DNA from: Barthelona sp. PCE
Lineage: Eukaryota
Length of the DNA stretch: 64,000 nt
NCBI GenBank assembly: GCA_040285745.1
Contig: JAUFOR010000003.1
Span: 1,302,001-1,366,000, forward strand
Reading direction: 5' to 3'
Shown one piece after another: positions 17,933 through 27,306 of the stretch. The notes beneath the pieces were generated by a model. It saw only the letters and a program-made list of their open reading frames with translations. It was not told the DNA's origin and did not search any database. The first letter of the stretch is position 1, and every line of letters begins with the position of its first letter. The position numbers and the translations under genes were made by a program.

Positions 17933-19673
17933 ATGCATCTTACTAACCCTGAACATATCGCAGTCTACGAGCAACTTATTGCTGGTGGCAAGACTCAAGT
18001 AGTCAAGGACATGTGGGATTTTTTCGTTCACCTGTATGGACATTTAAGCAATTTGAGACACGTAGCATAACGTAGATCCGTTATTCTCTCTTCAATAACG
18101 TTGTTCAACTTACGTAGCATTACTTTACGAAAATTTTCGAATTTTTCTACGTAGCATATTATATGACGTTGAATCACTGCACTTCTAACGTTGTTTTGCG
18201 TGTAATTCATAATTATGTACCGCATATTATGATGCAATTGTTCTTTTATTACAAAATTAACTTACTTTTAGTTGTGAAATTCCCAGAAAGTCCGGACACG
18301 AGCAAGCAGCCGTTGCTGAGCTTAAGCGCATCGCTGAAGAAGAGTTGAACTGTGTAACAGAGCAGGACGAGGTCGGAAATCTTTTAATTTCAACTACTGA
18401 AGATTATGAAGGACCTGGTATCGTAATTCAGGGCCATATCGACATGGTATGCGACGCTAGTGTTGGGCATAAGGGTCCCAGTGGAGAGGATTGGGATGCC
18501 TTGAAGGATCCTATTGTACCTTACATTGACGATCTTTTTTTGAAGGCTAGAGGCACTACACTCGGTGGAGACAATGGAATAGCCATTGCAATGGGCCTAG
18601 CCCTTCTAAAGAACCGTGAAACGTTCAAGCATGGTCCTCTAGAATTACTTGTAACTATTGAGGAAGAAACCACCATGAAAGGAGCTTTAAACTGTCAATT
18701 ACCAGTGGCTAGCAAGTATCTGATCAACGTAGATTCCGAAGAAGAAGGAATTATCACTTACGCCTGCGCTGGAGGTTCCGAATATTCCATTGCTATTGAC
18801 CTTGCCCGTCAAGCTTCAGAGCTCCCCGTCGTTGGTGTTTCAATTGAGGGCGGTACTGCAGGCCACTCCGGTATTGATATTGGAAAATATCGTCTCAACT
18901 GTGGTAAGGCTCTTGGCCGTATGCTTTTCGGTGAAGACATTCTTCTGAAGGACATCAAGTTTGGTGCTGCACGTAACATCATCTGCCCCAACGCTGCTGC
19001 TTCCCTCCACGTTGCCGATGTCGAGGCCTTCAAGGTTAAGATTGAGAACAAGTTCAATGTCATCAAGGAAGAGTACAAGAACACCGACCCTGGTCTTGTT
19101 CTTAAGTGGAACGAGCCCTCTACTGAGGTTGCCATGACTCCCGAGTCTTCCAAGAAGGTTATTGATTTACTCGTTGCCGCTCCCCACGGTGTCATCCGTT
19201 TCTCCCCCTTCAACGCTGCTGATGTCCAGACTTCCGTCAACTGTGCCATTATGATGTGCACTGAGGACAAGGCTACAGTCCAGTTCCTTGCCCGTTCCCC
19301 CGCTATGTCCGAGATGTACGCCTTTGGTGATAAGATCGAAGCCATGGCCCGCCTCATGGGTGGTGAGTGTGAGCGTGAGGTCAACATCTTCCCTGGTTGG
19401 GAGCCCGAGCCCGAGTCCGCTGTCATGAAGGCTTTCCTTGCTGCTCATCTGGAGCACGTTGGTAAGGAAATGGTTGTTGAGGCCATCCACGCCGGTCTCG
19501 AGGTTGGTATTCTTCAGGATGCTGTCCTTAAGACCACCGGCAACAAGATCTCTGGTGTTTCCATTGGTCCTGATCTTTTCGATGTTCATACCGTCAACGA
19601 GAGATTGAACATTGGTTCCTCTGAGCGTGTCCTTGATTTCGCCATCTTTGCCATCGAGAAGCTTTGCTCTTAA
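17933..19673 (+). CDS. pepD: Aminoacyl-histidine dipeptidase (PepD, M20 family); join(17933..18033,18272..19673)
   Basis: Splicing restores MWDFFVHL/CEIPRKSGHE, the PepD-type N-terminus. QGHIDMV, GTTLGGDNG, EEETTMKGA, NVDSEEEG, HAGLE and VHTVNE motifs follow. Confidence 0.9.
18034..18271 (+). other. Spliceosomal intron, 238 nt, phase 2, in pepD
   Basis: GTATGG...AACTTACTTTTAG. Removal joins the PepD N-terminal motif in frame. Confidence 0.88.
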
Positions 19674-19851
19674 ACTGTTGGTATTCCAGTGCTTAATAAA
19701 GTGTAGTTTATGAATGATAGGAATTGCAAGGGGATTCGGACTTTTGTTTAGTAGAAACTGGCCATATGCTTTATTACATAGTCTATAACACATCAAAAAC
19801 AAAGAAATATGTGGAATTGAATACCTGCTTTCGTTTTTTCCTTCCTTTCCG

Positions 19852-20706
19852 ATGAAAACCTTTGAAGAAACGAGTATCCGTCTTGAAATACTCAGATTAG
19901 CTCTAAGCGAACAGGAAATCGAGCTTACAGTTGAAGCATTCTATAAAGTTTTTGAAGAAGCTGTTTACGCAAAGTTTTTCGGTCTTGTCCGTGATCTATG
20001 CTTCACATATGAACAATACACCCCGCAGAAACAAGTTATAGTACACTTAGAGGATATTGTGCGAAATGCTTCTCTCGACTACTTTGATTTTTGCTGTTTA
20101 TTGGAGGTGCTTAACAAATACGACTCATTTCCTTTACTTCCCGATTTTAACACTCTCGAGAAACGCTTGAAATACTGTTCATTTTGCACAAGCGTGAATG
20201 CTTATCTTTTCTTTTCGAAAAAACACAGTATCATCGTAGAAGTCGTAAGAGAAGCGCTTAGATCTGACACATTGCACAGGGTAATGGGATTAAAGTTATG
20301 CTGCCTTGCACTGTCTCGCGGCATACCAGGCTTTGATGAGATCATCAACAATGCTCTGCGTTATGAAGAACATTCCATCAAAGTAGAACTAGTGGCTGTT
20401 TTAATGTCTGAAGGGCTTGAACACAGCACAGAGCTTACATCTTTATGGTTTTGTGCATATAGCATGAGTGATGTCGCCGAAAAACTTGCTGAAAAAATAT
20501 GTTTGGAAAATGATCTCGGTGTCCTAACTCTAATGCATAACCAAAGCGCACACGACACACTACTCAAAAGAGACGGGTTTGTAGATGTGGTGGAAGCACA
20601 GAAGGAACTTCTTCTGTTGGTTTCTACAGCTAACACTGATGAGCCATCTTTGAAACGCCAGGCAGTCACAATCAGCCCAATTGAGGAGCTTATAGCGAGG
20701 ATTTAA
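19852..20706 (+). CDS. Hypothetical helical protein
   Basis: 284 aa ORF with CCTTT immediately upstream of the ATG. Confidence 0.65.
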   Translation: MKTFEETSIRLEILRLALSEQEIELTVEAFYKVFEEAVYAKFFGLVRDLCFTYEQYTPQKQVIVHLEDIVRNASLDYFDFCCLLEVLNKYDSFPLLPDFNTLEKRLKYCSFCTSVNAYLFFSKKHSIIVEVVREALRSDTLHRVMGLKLCCLALSRGIPGFDEIINNALRYEEHSIKVELVAVLMSEGLEHSTELTSLWFCAYSMSDVAEKLAEKICLENDLGVLTLMHNQSAHDTLLKRDGFVDVVEAQKELLLLVSTANTDEPSLKRQAVTISPIEELIARI

Positions 20707-20718
20707 AATCACCACCGA

Positions 20719-21870
20719 TTAATCTGAACAAATATCATCGTCATCATCTTCTTCGTCGCTGAGTTCTGGTTGGACAGGTTTTGGATTAGCATCCAGCATC
20801 ACCTGCCAGTTGGAATCAGCAGGGGGCATTCTCAAACGATGAGTAAAAACAAACTTTCGTTGAGGAGCTCGCTTTTCGAACAAATAGATACGATACATAG
20901 ATGCCAGAGACCATGCGCTTGGGTGAGGTGATCCATCTTCCAGCGCACCCATATCCTCCATCATCTTGCGGTAGACGCCAGCATTGCAATACTCGTGGAA
21001 GAATTCATGAAGTGTCATACTGATATTCAGAACTAAATCATGCTCGCTGGCTAATTCCTCCAGTGTTTTCTGATGAACAATGAACTCAGGTATATTCTCA
21101 ACAGCATCACGCAAAAACATAGTGTACATGCTTCCATATTCCGTAAATTGTAAAGGTAGTTCAAAGGTCAGAGACCACAGAGGCTCTCCATCACCAGCAT
21201 TATATCCAACAACGCAACTATTCTCTGTCTTACTGTGAAAATGACCCTCACCATTAGACTCCATCGGAGGAGAGTAAGCAGCCATTCTCGCCGCTTTAAC
21301 GATCCAGTCTGCGTTGCCTGTGATGCACATGTAGTACCCGCCAGGCACAAGGCGGTCACTGACGTTCCTGAAGAAACAATGTGCTGCGCTCTTTGAGGAA
21401 AACAGATAGTGCATGGCGAACTGACACGACACGAAATCAAAGTGCAGGGATGATGGAAGCTTGCTCGTTGAGAGAACAGAGCTGAGGTCTGCCCTTATCC
21501 AACGTGCAAAATCGAAAAATTGCATACCGCGCTCTAAAATCTTTCCGTAACGGTCTTGTGCCTTGGTGATGGCTCCTGATGAGTTATCCACACCAATGTA
21601 ATGTGATACGTTGGCCTTCAACCACTTATTAAGATCACCACCATGTCCACTGGCGAGATCCATAATGGCTACAGGAACGTTCTTCAAATTTCGAGAATTC
21701 CGGAAGTGGCTGACGCTCCAGTGAATTAGAGACGCCTTTACCCAATTGTTGAAGTTACGAATACCAGCAGTTGTCGTAAAAAGACGACCAGCTGAACCAA
21801 ACTGCTTTAGCTTGTCATAATGACTAGCAACCTGTGTGACATGTGCCCCGTTCGTTTGCTTCTCGGTCAT
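20719..21870 (-). CDS. RNMT: mRNA cap guanine-N7 methyltransferase (Abd1/RNMT)
   Basis: VASHYD, RNFNNWVKASLI, MDLASGHGGDLNKW, SCQFAMHY and IPEFIV motifs. First ATG at 21870 (the track start at 21918 is GTG). Confidence 0.92.
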   Translation of the reverse strand: MTEKQTNGAHVTQVASHYDKLKQFGSAGRLFTTTAGIRNFNNWVKASLIHWSVSHFRNSRNLKNVPVAIMDLASGHGGDLNKWLKANVSHYIGVDNSSGAITKAQDRYGKILERGMQFFDFARWIRADLSSVLSTSKLPSSLHFDFVSCQFAMHYLFSSKSAAHCFFRNVSDRLVPGGYYMCITGNADWIVKAARMAAYSPPMESNGEGHFHSKTENSCVVGYNAGDGEPLWSLTFELPLQFTEYGSMYTMFLRDAVENIPEFIVHQKTLEELASEHDLVLNISMTLHEFFHEYCNAGVYRKMMEDMGALEDGSPHPSAWSLASMYRIYLFEKRAPQRKFVFTHRLRMPPADSNWQVMLDANPKPVQPELSDEEDDDDDICSD

Positions 21871-21878
21871 ATGAGTGG

Positions 21879-21912
21879 AGAAAAGGGTGTTTCTACGAAA
21901 TACACCTTTTCT
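21879..21912. promoter_or_regulatory. Near-palindromic bidirectional core promoter (back-to-back CCTTTT elements)
   Basis: AGAAAAGGGTGTTTC-TAC-GAAATACACCTTTTCT lies in the 83-nt gap between the divergent RNMT and RRP36 genes. Confidence 0.55.
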
Positions 21913-21953
21913 ATTCACTGCATTTTATTGAAACCAATTTTTGGGCACAGTTC

Positions 21954-22532
21954 ATGGTTAAAAATCAGAGGAAGGAGCCTATTATTGAAAAAAGAAAGCG
22001 ATCAGCACCTGCAGAAAAGAGCAGTCAATACAAACCACGCAATGTTGTTGTTGTGAATCTACCACAGTACAGAAAGAAGAAGGCCAGAGATCCCCGGTTC
22101 GATGAGTTGGCCGGCGAATTCAACGAAGGTGAATACCGATCGAAATATGCTTTTCTTGATGAAATGAAGGATAACGAAATTAATCAGATGTATGACGCTA
22201 TCAAGAAGGAGAAGAACGAGGCAAAGAAGCGTATTTTACAGAGTGAACTTACACGTATGCAACAGCAGAGGTCTTCCGTTAGACGTCGTGATCGTGAACG
22301 TAGAATTCGTCGCGAAGTTATACAGGAAGAGCTTGGTAAGGTACAATCAGGCGAGAAGAAACCATTTTACATGAAGAGAGGAGAATTAAAGAAGCTTGTT
22401 CGTGAAGAAGAGATGAATGAATTGCGAAAGAAGGGAAAACTTGGTCGTGTTATGAATATGAAGACCAAGCGTAACGCCGAGCGTGAGGTGAGGCGTTTAC
22501 CTTTCAGGATAAGGAGAGATAAGAAAGAATAA
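21954..22532 (+). CDS. RRP36: rRNA biogenesis protein RRP36
   Basis: RDPRFDELAGEFN...Y.FL and GEKKPFYMKR motifs. First ATG at 21954. Confidence 0.85.
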   Translation: MVKNQRKEPIIEKRKRSAPAEKSSQYKPRNVVVVNLPQYRKKKARDPRFDELAGEFNEGEYRSKYAFLDEMKDNEINQMYDAIKKEKNEAKKRILQSELTRMQQQRSSVRRRDRERRIRREVIQEELGKVQSGEKKPFYMKRGELKKLVREEEMNELRKKGKLGRVMNMKTKRNAEREVRRLPFRIRRDKKE

Positions 22533-22551
22533 AATAAATCATCAAAATTTT

Positions 22552-24579
22552 TTACCACGGATTCTTGTTGTTGGAAAACCCAGAAACAAATGCTTTGAAC
22601 GCAGAATCAGCAGGAAGACGTGTGAGAGGTGAGTAAACCTTTGGTTCAGGTGTCTCTTCTGAAAATATTGGAATTGTGCCGATTAAGGCTTTCTTGGTAA
22701 CCAATTGCTGGCGAACTCGTCTCGGTGTATGTGCTGGTGGAGCGTCATCAAGTGGCGGTGTCCTTGGAGAAAGTGGAGCAGCAGAAGGTGGTTCATCACT
22801 AAACAGCGATGCAATATTTGTAGCATTAACAACATTACCAGTGAACAAGTCCTCGTTCTTACGCTTCTCCAACGTAAATTCAGTAGGAATCTTCCCACTC
22901 TCAGCTAACATTGATTTGGCCACAGATAAAGAGTCGATTTTCACAGATGGTATGACAGGTGACGCTTCCGGTGACTGATTGGGGCTGTCAAGCTTCCCCA
23001 CGTGGCGTTCGTAGAGCTCCAAGTATGTTTCTTCGATAGTCTTGTTCGGCTTCAGATCTTTGATGATTGGCAACGTGTGCACCTTGTATGTGATTGGTTT
23101 CAGCTTCAGCACCTTCGGGACATCACGGTCGAGTCGCGTCTTCTGCTTCTTTTTGCTCTCTTTTTCAACACGTTGCTTGATTGTGCTCATGAAGTCCGCC
23201 CTCTTCTTCTTCACCGTTTTCTCAGCTTTCAAGGACGAGATATACCTGTTCAGCCTGCGTACCACCTTCTCGTCGATGTTATAACCGGCAACATTTGCAT
23301 GGATAGATAAGTCAGAAAACGCAAAGATAATATGGGAAATAAACTCAGATATGTTCTTCTCATCCATGTCTCTCACCAAAACAGCACAGCAAACGAAGAG
23401 AAAGCGCTTGAACTCATCAACAGACATATACAACGGGTTGCTGGCAAACATTTCCCAATCGGAGTGAAAAGTCTTTAACAGCTCATCATCTCGGGTAAAA
23501 CGAGCATTCTCTGCATAGCTGGGCTTGGGGATGAGCAGGTTCCACATCCTAAGCAGCAATAATAGAAATGCGTCTCTTGGTAAAGCAGTTGTACCACCAA
23601 TGACCGAGAAAAGATCAATGGCACGGGAATCAAACCAGCTGGAATGAAACAGCTCCATCATATTCTCCGGGTTGGCGCCGTCTTCGTGGAATACAGGTCG
23701 GAAGAAGGGTATATCACGCATGAAGCTTGAGAACCAAGACTTGACCTTTCTGTATCTTTTCTTTCGGATGCGTCCCAACTCAACGGGATTGGCACGGACA
23801 GCGATGAGGGAAGGGCGTCTGTGAACGGATTCAAACAAGGGCAACCATGTTAGGAATCCATCAAATAAGAAGAAGAAGTAAAAAATTGAAAACGATTCTG
23901 AAGCATTATCAGCATGCGTGATACAAAAATTGGGCATGTCTCTGTACACCATGATGGACCGAACGCGCTCATAAACAGTCTTGTCATTTCTTGAAGTCAT
24001 CAATCTTCTGTAGCTCTTTGTCAGTTGTCGAAGACTCGTATCAACTCCTTGCCTACGGAACCGAGCAGTTTTTGGCCGTACAAGGCTAGCACTCTTTGGC
24101 CGATTTGAGAACCCAAGACGTGAAGATTTTGACTGGTCACGTGCTGTCTGAAGCAAATTTTTACCTTCGACAGATCCGATCCTGAGATTTGGTACAATGG
24201 AGGGTTTTCTGGAGGTCGATCTTAGGGTTCCTAAAGAAGTATGAGGTCTACGAGGTCTTTTTTCTGGTTTTGAAGGTTTCTTTGGCTTTTTTTTCCTCTT
24301 TGGATTCTTGCGTTTGAAAACCTTGGCAGCCTTTCGCTTGAAATGATCTGGAATTTCGAGGGTTTGAAGGTTGGGATGCCTTGTATAAATATCGGATAAT
24401 ATCGAGTCTATGTGCTCTCTTGAAGAGTGCAAAGCACTTTCTATTTCGTCAACAGTCTCGTTTTCCCGCTCGATCTGCTGTATGGAGTCGTTTAGGTTTG
24501 AGATATGATTTGCAAGTTCGCTTTCTATCTTTTTTGAGTACGTTCGTGCTTCTGAGTGTGATGAAAAACGTACTTTCAT
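22552..24579 (-). CDS. Hypothetical basic protein (coiled coil, RPxS/T motifs, degenerate EF-hand-like core)
   Basis: First ATG at 24579, 17 nt after CCCTTTT. RPHTS, RPKSA and RPKTA motifs. Confidence 0.65.
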   Translation of the reverse strand: MKVRFSSHSEARTYSKKIESELANHISNLNDSIQQIERENETVDEIESALHSSREHIDSILSDIYTRHPNLQTLEIPDHFKRKAAKVFKRKNPKRKKKPKKPSKPEKRPRRPHTSLGTLRSTSRKPSIVPNLRIGSVEGKNLLQTARDQSKSSRLGFSNRPKSASLVRPKTARFRRQGVDTSLRQLTKSYRRLMTSRNDKTVYERVRSIMVYRDMPNFCITHADNASESFSIFYFFFLFDGFLTWLPLFESVHRRPSLIAVRANPVELGRIRKKRYRKVKSWFSSFMRDIPFFRPVFHEDGANPENMMELFHSSWFDSRAIDLFSVIGGTTALPRDAFLLLLLRMWNLLIPKPSYAENARFTRDDELLKTFHSDWEMFASNPLYMSVDEFKRFLFVCCAVLVRDMDEKNISEFISHIIFAFSDLSIHANVAGYNIDEKVVRRLNRYISSLKAEKTVKKKRADFMSTIKQRVEKESKKKQKTRLDRDVPKVLKLKPITYKVHTLPIIKDLKPNKTIEETYLELYERHVGKLDSPNQSPEASPVIPSVKIDSLSVAKSMLAESGKIPTEFTLEKRKNEDLFTGNVVNATNIASLFSDEPPSAAPLSPRTPPLDDAPPAHTPRRVRQQLVTKKALIGTIPIFSEETPEPKVYSPLTRLPADSAFKAFVSGFSNNKNPW

Positions 24580-24712
24580 TGTGTGTGCATGGTACAAAAG
24601 GGTAAAAAAAAGGGGAGAGGGATGAAATGTGTTTAACAAATATTTAAATGTCAATTGAGTAACTAAAACTTCAAAAATATCGCAAATTACAAATATATAG
24701 TTTATTTCACAC

Positions 24713-25936
24713 TTAAAAATCAGCAAAGTCCTGTTGGTCAAATTCGAAATCTACCTCTTCTTCCTCTTCAGCATAGTTATCGAAATGAGATGTATCACCC
24801 TCATGGGCAGTAGGAGGAACCAAAGGAGAAGGAATTCTGCGATGGAATAAAGCATTCCAATCAATTGCGCGGAAAAAGCGATGTCTCTTAATGTCTTCTG
24901 CTCCACCACGTAAGTTACCGAAACGTCTCGTCCTGTCACGGGCTAATAGCCTCTTGATCAGATCTCTTGCAGTTGGACTGACATGTCTTGCCCACCATAT
25001 CTTACCGTTCATGATTTTCTGTGAAGTTAAGAACGGGTTCTCATCACAGAAAGGGGGGTAGCCAACAAGCATCTCAAAAATGAGAATACCCAAGGCCCAC
25101 CAATCGACAGCCTTGTTGTGACCTCTTGCCTGAATGATTTCCGGTGCAAGGTATTCTGGAGTACCACAAACTGTGTATGTACGGTCTGTGACGACCTTAG
25201 CGAAACCGAAATCACATATTTTCATGTGTCCATCTGAATCTAAAAGCAAATTCTCTGGTTTTAAATCTCTGTAAACAATAGACTGTGAATGCAGATATTC
25301 CAGTGCTAGAACAATCTCTGCAGCAAAGAAACGGGCTACTTCTTCAGTAAAACGACCTGCTTTTCTTAAATGACTGAACAGTTCACCTCCAGGCACGTAC
25401 TCTTGTAATAAATATACATTCTTTTCGTCCTGGAAACTGGCTACAAGATTTACGATAAAGGGGTGTGAAATTTTGGAAAGTAACTTATATTCTGACTTCA
25501 AGTGCTCTACTTGTCTCAATTTTGCGACCTTTGCTTTTGCGAGAGTCTTTAGTGCATAGTACTTGCCAGTTAATGTGTGTTGGCAAAGTCTAACACGACC
25601 GAAAGTTCCAGTACCTAAATATTAAAAAATTTCAAAAATCTACATCTTCCTTAGTCACAGCGTTGCCTCTCAAGGCATATTCTGTGAGATAAAAGAATGA
25701 CAAAATCAAATCAAAAACATACCAATAGTTTCTCTTTGTTCCAAGTCTGTAAGGCGAATCACATTGTTGTTCAATGGTCTAGGGATTGAGGGAGATCTAT
25801 GCAGCTGTCCAGATGAAGTGGAAGTTGCTGTTCCTGAATTATTAAAAGGTCTGTTGTAACGTGAAAGACGTGACAACGTTCTGGTGTTTTGTTTGCTGGT
25901 ACGTCCTGTTCTCAAACGTCCACTTGAAAGCACCAT
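24713..25936 (-). CDS. PKA-C: cAMP-dependent protein kinase catalytic subunit (PKA-C/PRKX-like); complement(join(24713..25614,25723..25936))
   Basis: Splicing restores IGTGTFGRV. YRDLKPEN, DFGFAK, TVCGTPEYLAPE and C-terminal FADF motifs. 371 aa. Confidence 0.92.
25615..25722 (-). other. Spliceosomal intron, 108 nt, phase 1, in the PKA glycine-rich loop
   Basis: GTATGT...TTTAATATTTAG. Removal fuses the two track ORFs in frame. Confidence 0.92.
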
Positions 25937-26084
25937 GCTCAAATGCTTGTAGAAAAGGTAATAATTGAAAATTTACGTCGCATAAGCTTCGCGGTGCACA
26001 CACACTGTCTTAAAAAGGGAGTCACATCACATAGACATCTATGCACACGTTAGAATTGTTGTTTATTTGGAGTAAAACCCTGCA

Positions 26085-27209
26085 TTACCAATCCGAGTCT
26101 TCCTCATCATCTGAATACGTTTGTGTGTACTTGCGGATTTCTTTCAGAGCTGCGCTAAGGTCACTTTGAAGATTTCCTTTTGCTTCAACACTCATACGCT
26201 TTAAATCATTTAATTCAATACTGGAACGTTTGCTGACCTGTCCTCTGTCAACTTTCTTGAGTTTGAAGCCGCCTTTAAGAATGTCAGCCATAAGATTACC
26301 ATGTCCTTCAACTTTTTCAACTTTCTCCTCTTGCTTTGGCTGAGACGGCATTGGTTGTGGAATAGGCCTGTTTGCAGGAGGTGCTGGAGCACCAGACGGT
26401 GGGGTAGGAACGTTGGCGGGAGGAGCGGGTACGCCAGCAGGTGGAATAGGAATATTGGCTGGTGGAGCGGGTACGCCAGCAGGAGGAGCAGGAACGTTAG
26501 CAAGAGGAGGAGCAACCTCACGCCTGGGCTTCTTGACAACTGTCTTACGCTTAGGAGCAGAAGAAATATTAGGAGCGCCACCATACTTTTTGATAACATT
26601 TTGAATGGCTTCTCTCGTCTCTGGGTTTTCTAAATCCTTCTTCTTTAATCCACAACCCTTAAAAAGATTGATCCACTCATTGGTGAGGCCAAACATTTGT
26701 AAACCTTCAGTATCAAACCCAACATGACGTGTATGTCTGAAACCGATAGGGTTTGAAATTTGGATTTTCTTCTTCTCTTTCTTAGGAAATAGACGCTCCC
26801 TTATTGTGGGCTCAGGCTCGTTACGGCGGCGGCGTGCGTCTGCGTCGTTGTTTGTAATCATGAACTTTGCAATTTGAAGAAAATAATCGTACTCCTGCTT
26901 ATCTGTGAAGCATAGACCCACAATACAGTCAGATGCTTCAAAAGCAACAAACATGTCGCCCATTTCGTTCAGTTTAAAGCCCTCATATATCTCCTGATGG
27001 AAGTATAGGGAAAAAATGGGCAGCGCAAAAATTCCAATAACAGGAACCGTAGATTCAATCAAAAGTGCGGCGGGACCGACTATTCCCGTGTCCACCCAGG
27101 TGTTCGTACCAGGGAAACACTTGTACACCTTAACAATTGCTAGATGGTTTGCTTCGCATCCAATCGCAACGTTTAAAGCTTCTTTCTCAGCGTATGTAAG
27201 TAAATCCAT
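26085..27209 (-). CDS. WASP: WASP-family actin nucleation promoting factor
   Basis: WH1 domain, basic patch, CRIB (ISNPIGFRHTRHVG), proline-rich region, WH2 (LMADILKGGFKLKKV), central helix and acidic tail ending DW. Confidence 0.9.
   Translation of the reverse strand: MDLLTYAEKEALNVAIGCEANHLAIVKVYKCFPGTNTWVDTGIVGPAALLIESTVPVIGIFALPIFSLYFHQEIYEGFKLNEMGDMFVAFEASDCIVGLCFTDKQEYDYFLQIAKFMITNNDADARRRRNEPEPTIRERLFPKKEKKKIQISNPIGFRHTRHVGFDTEGLQMFGLTNEWINLFKGCGLKKKDLENPETREAIQNVIKKYGGAPNISSAPKRKTVVKKPRREVAPPLANVPAPPAGVPAPPANIPIPPAGVPAPPANVPTPPSGAPAPPANRPIPQPMPSQPKQEEKVEKVEGHGNLMADILKGGFKLKKVDRGQVSKRSSIELNDLKRMSVEAKGNLQSDLSAALKEIRKYTQTYSDDEEDSDW
26370..26513 (-). repeat. 21/42-bp coding repeat (PPA[NG][VI]P[AIT]) in the WASP proline-rich region
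   Basis: GGAGCGGGTACGCCAGCAGG occurs at 26422 and 26464, 42 nt apart. Confidence 0.8.
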
Positions 27210-27306
27210 TCTTTATCGTAGAGTTAAAAATGAAACTTGCTTGTAAGAGGAAAAAAATTTTATATCGAGTTTCACGTGATACTCAAAGAAATGTTCCATA
27301 TTCTGT

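Noticed and set aside
18034..18271. TPP riboswitch in the pepD intron
   Set aside because: The conserved CUGAGA and ACCUGAU/AGGGA elements are absent.
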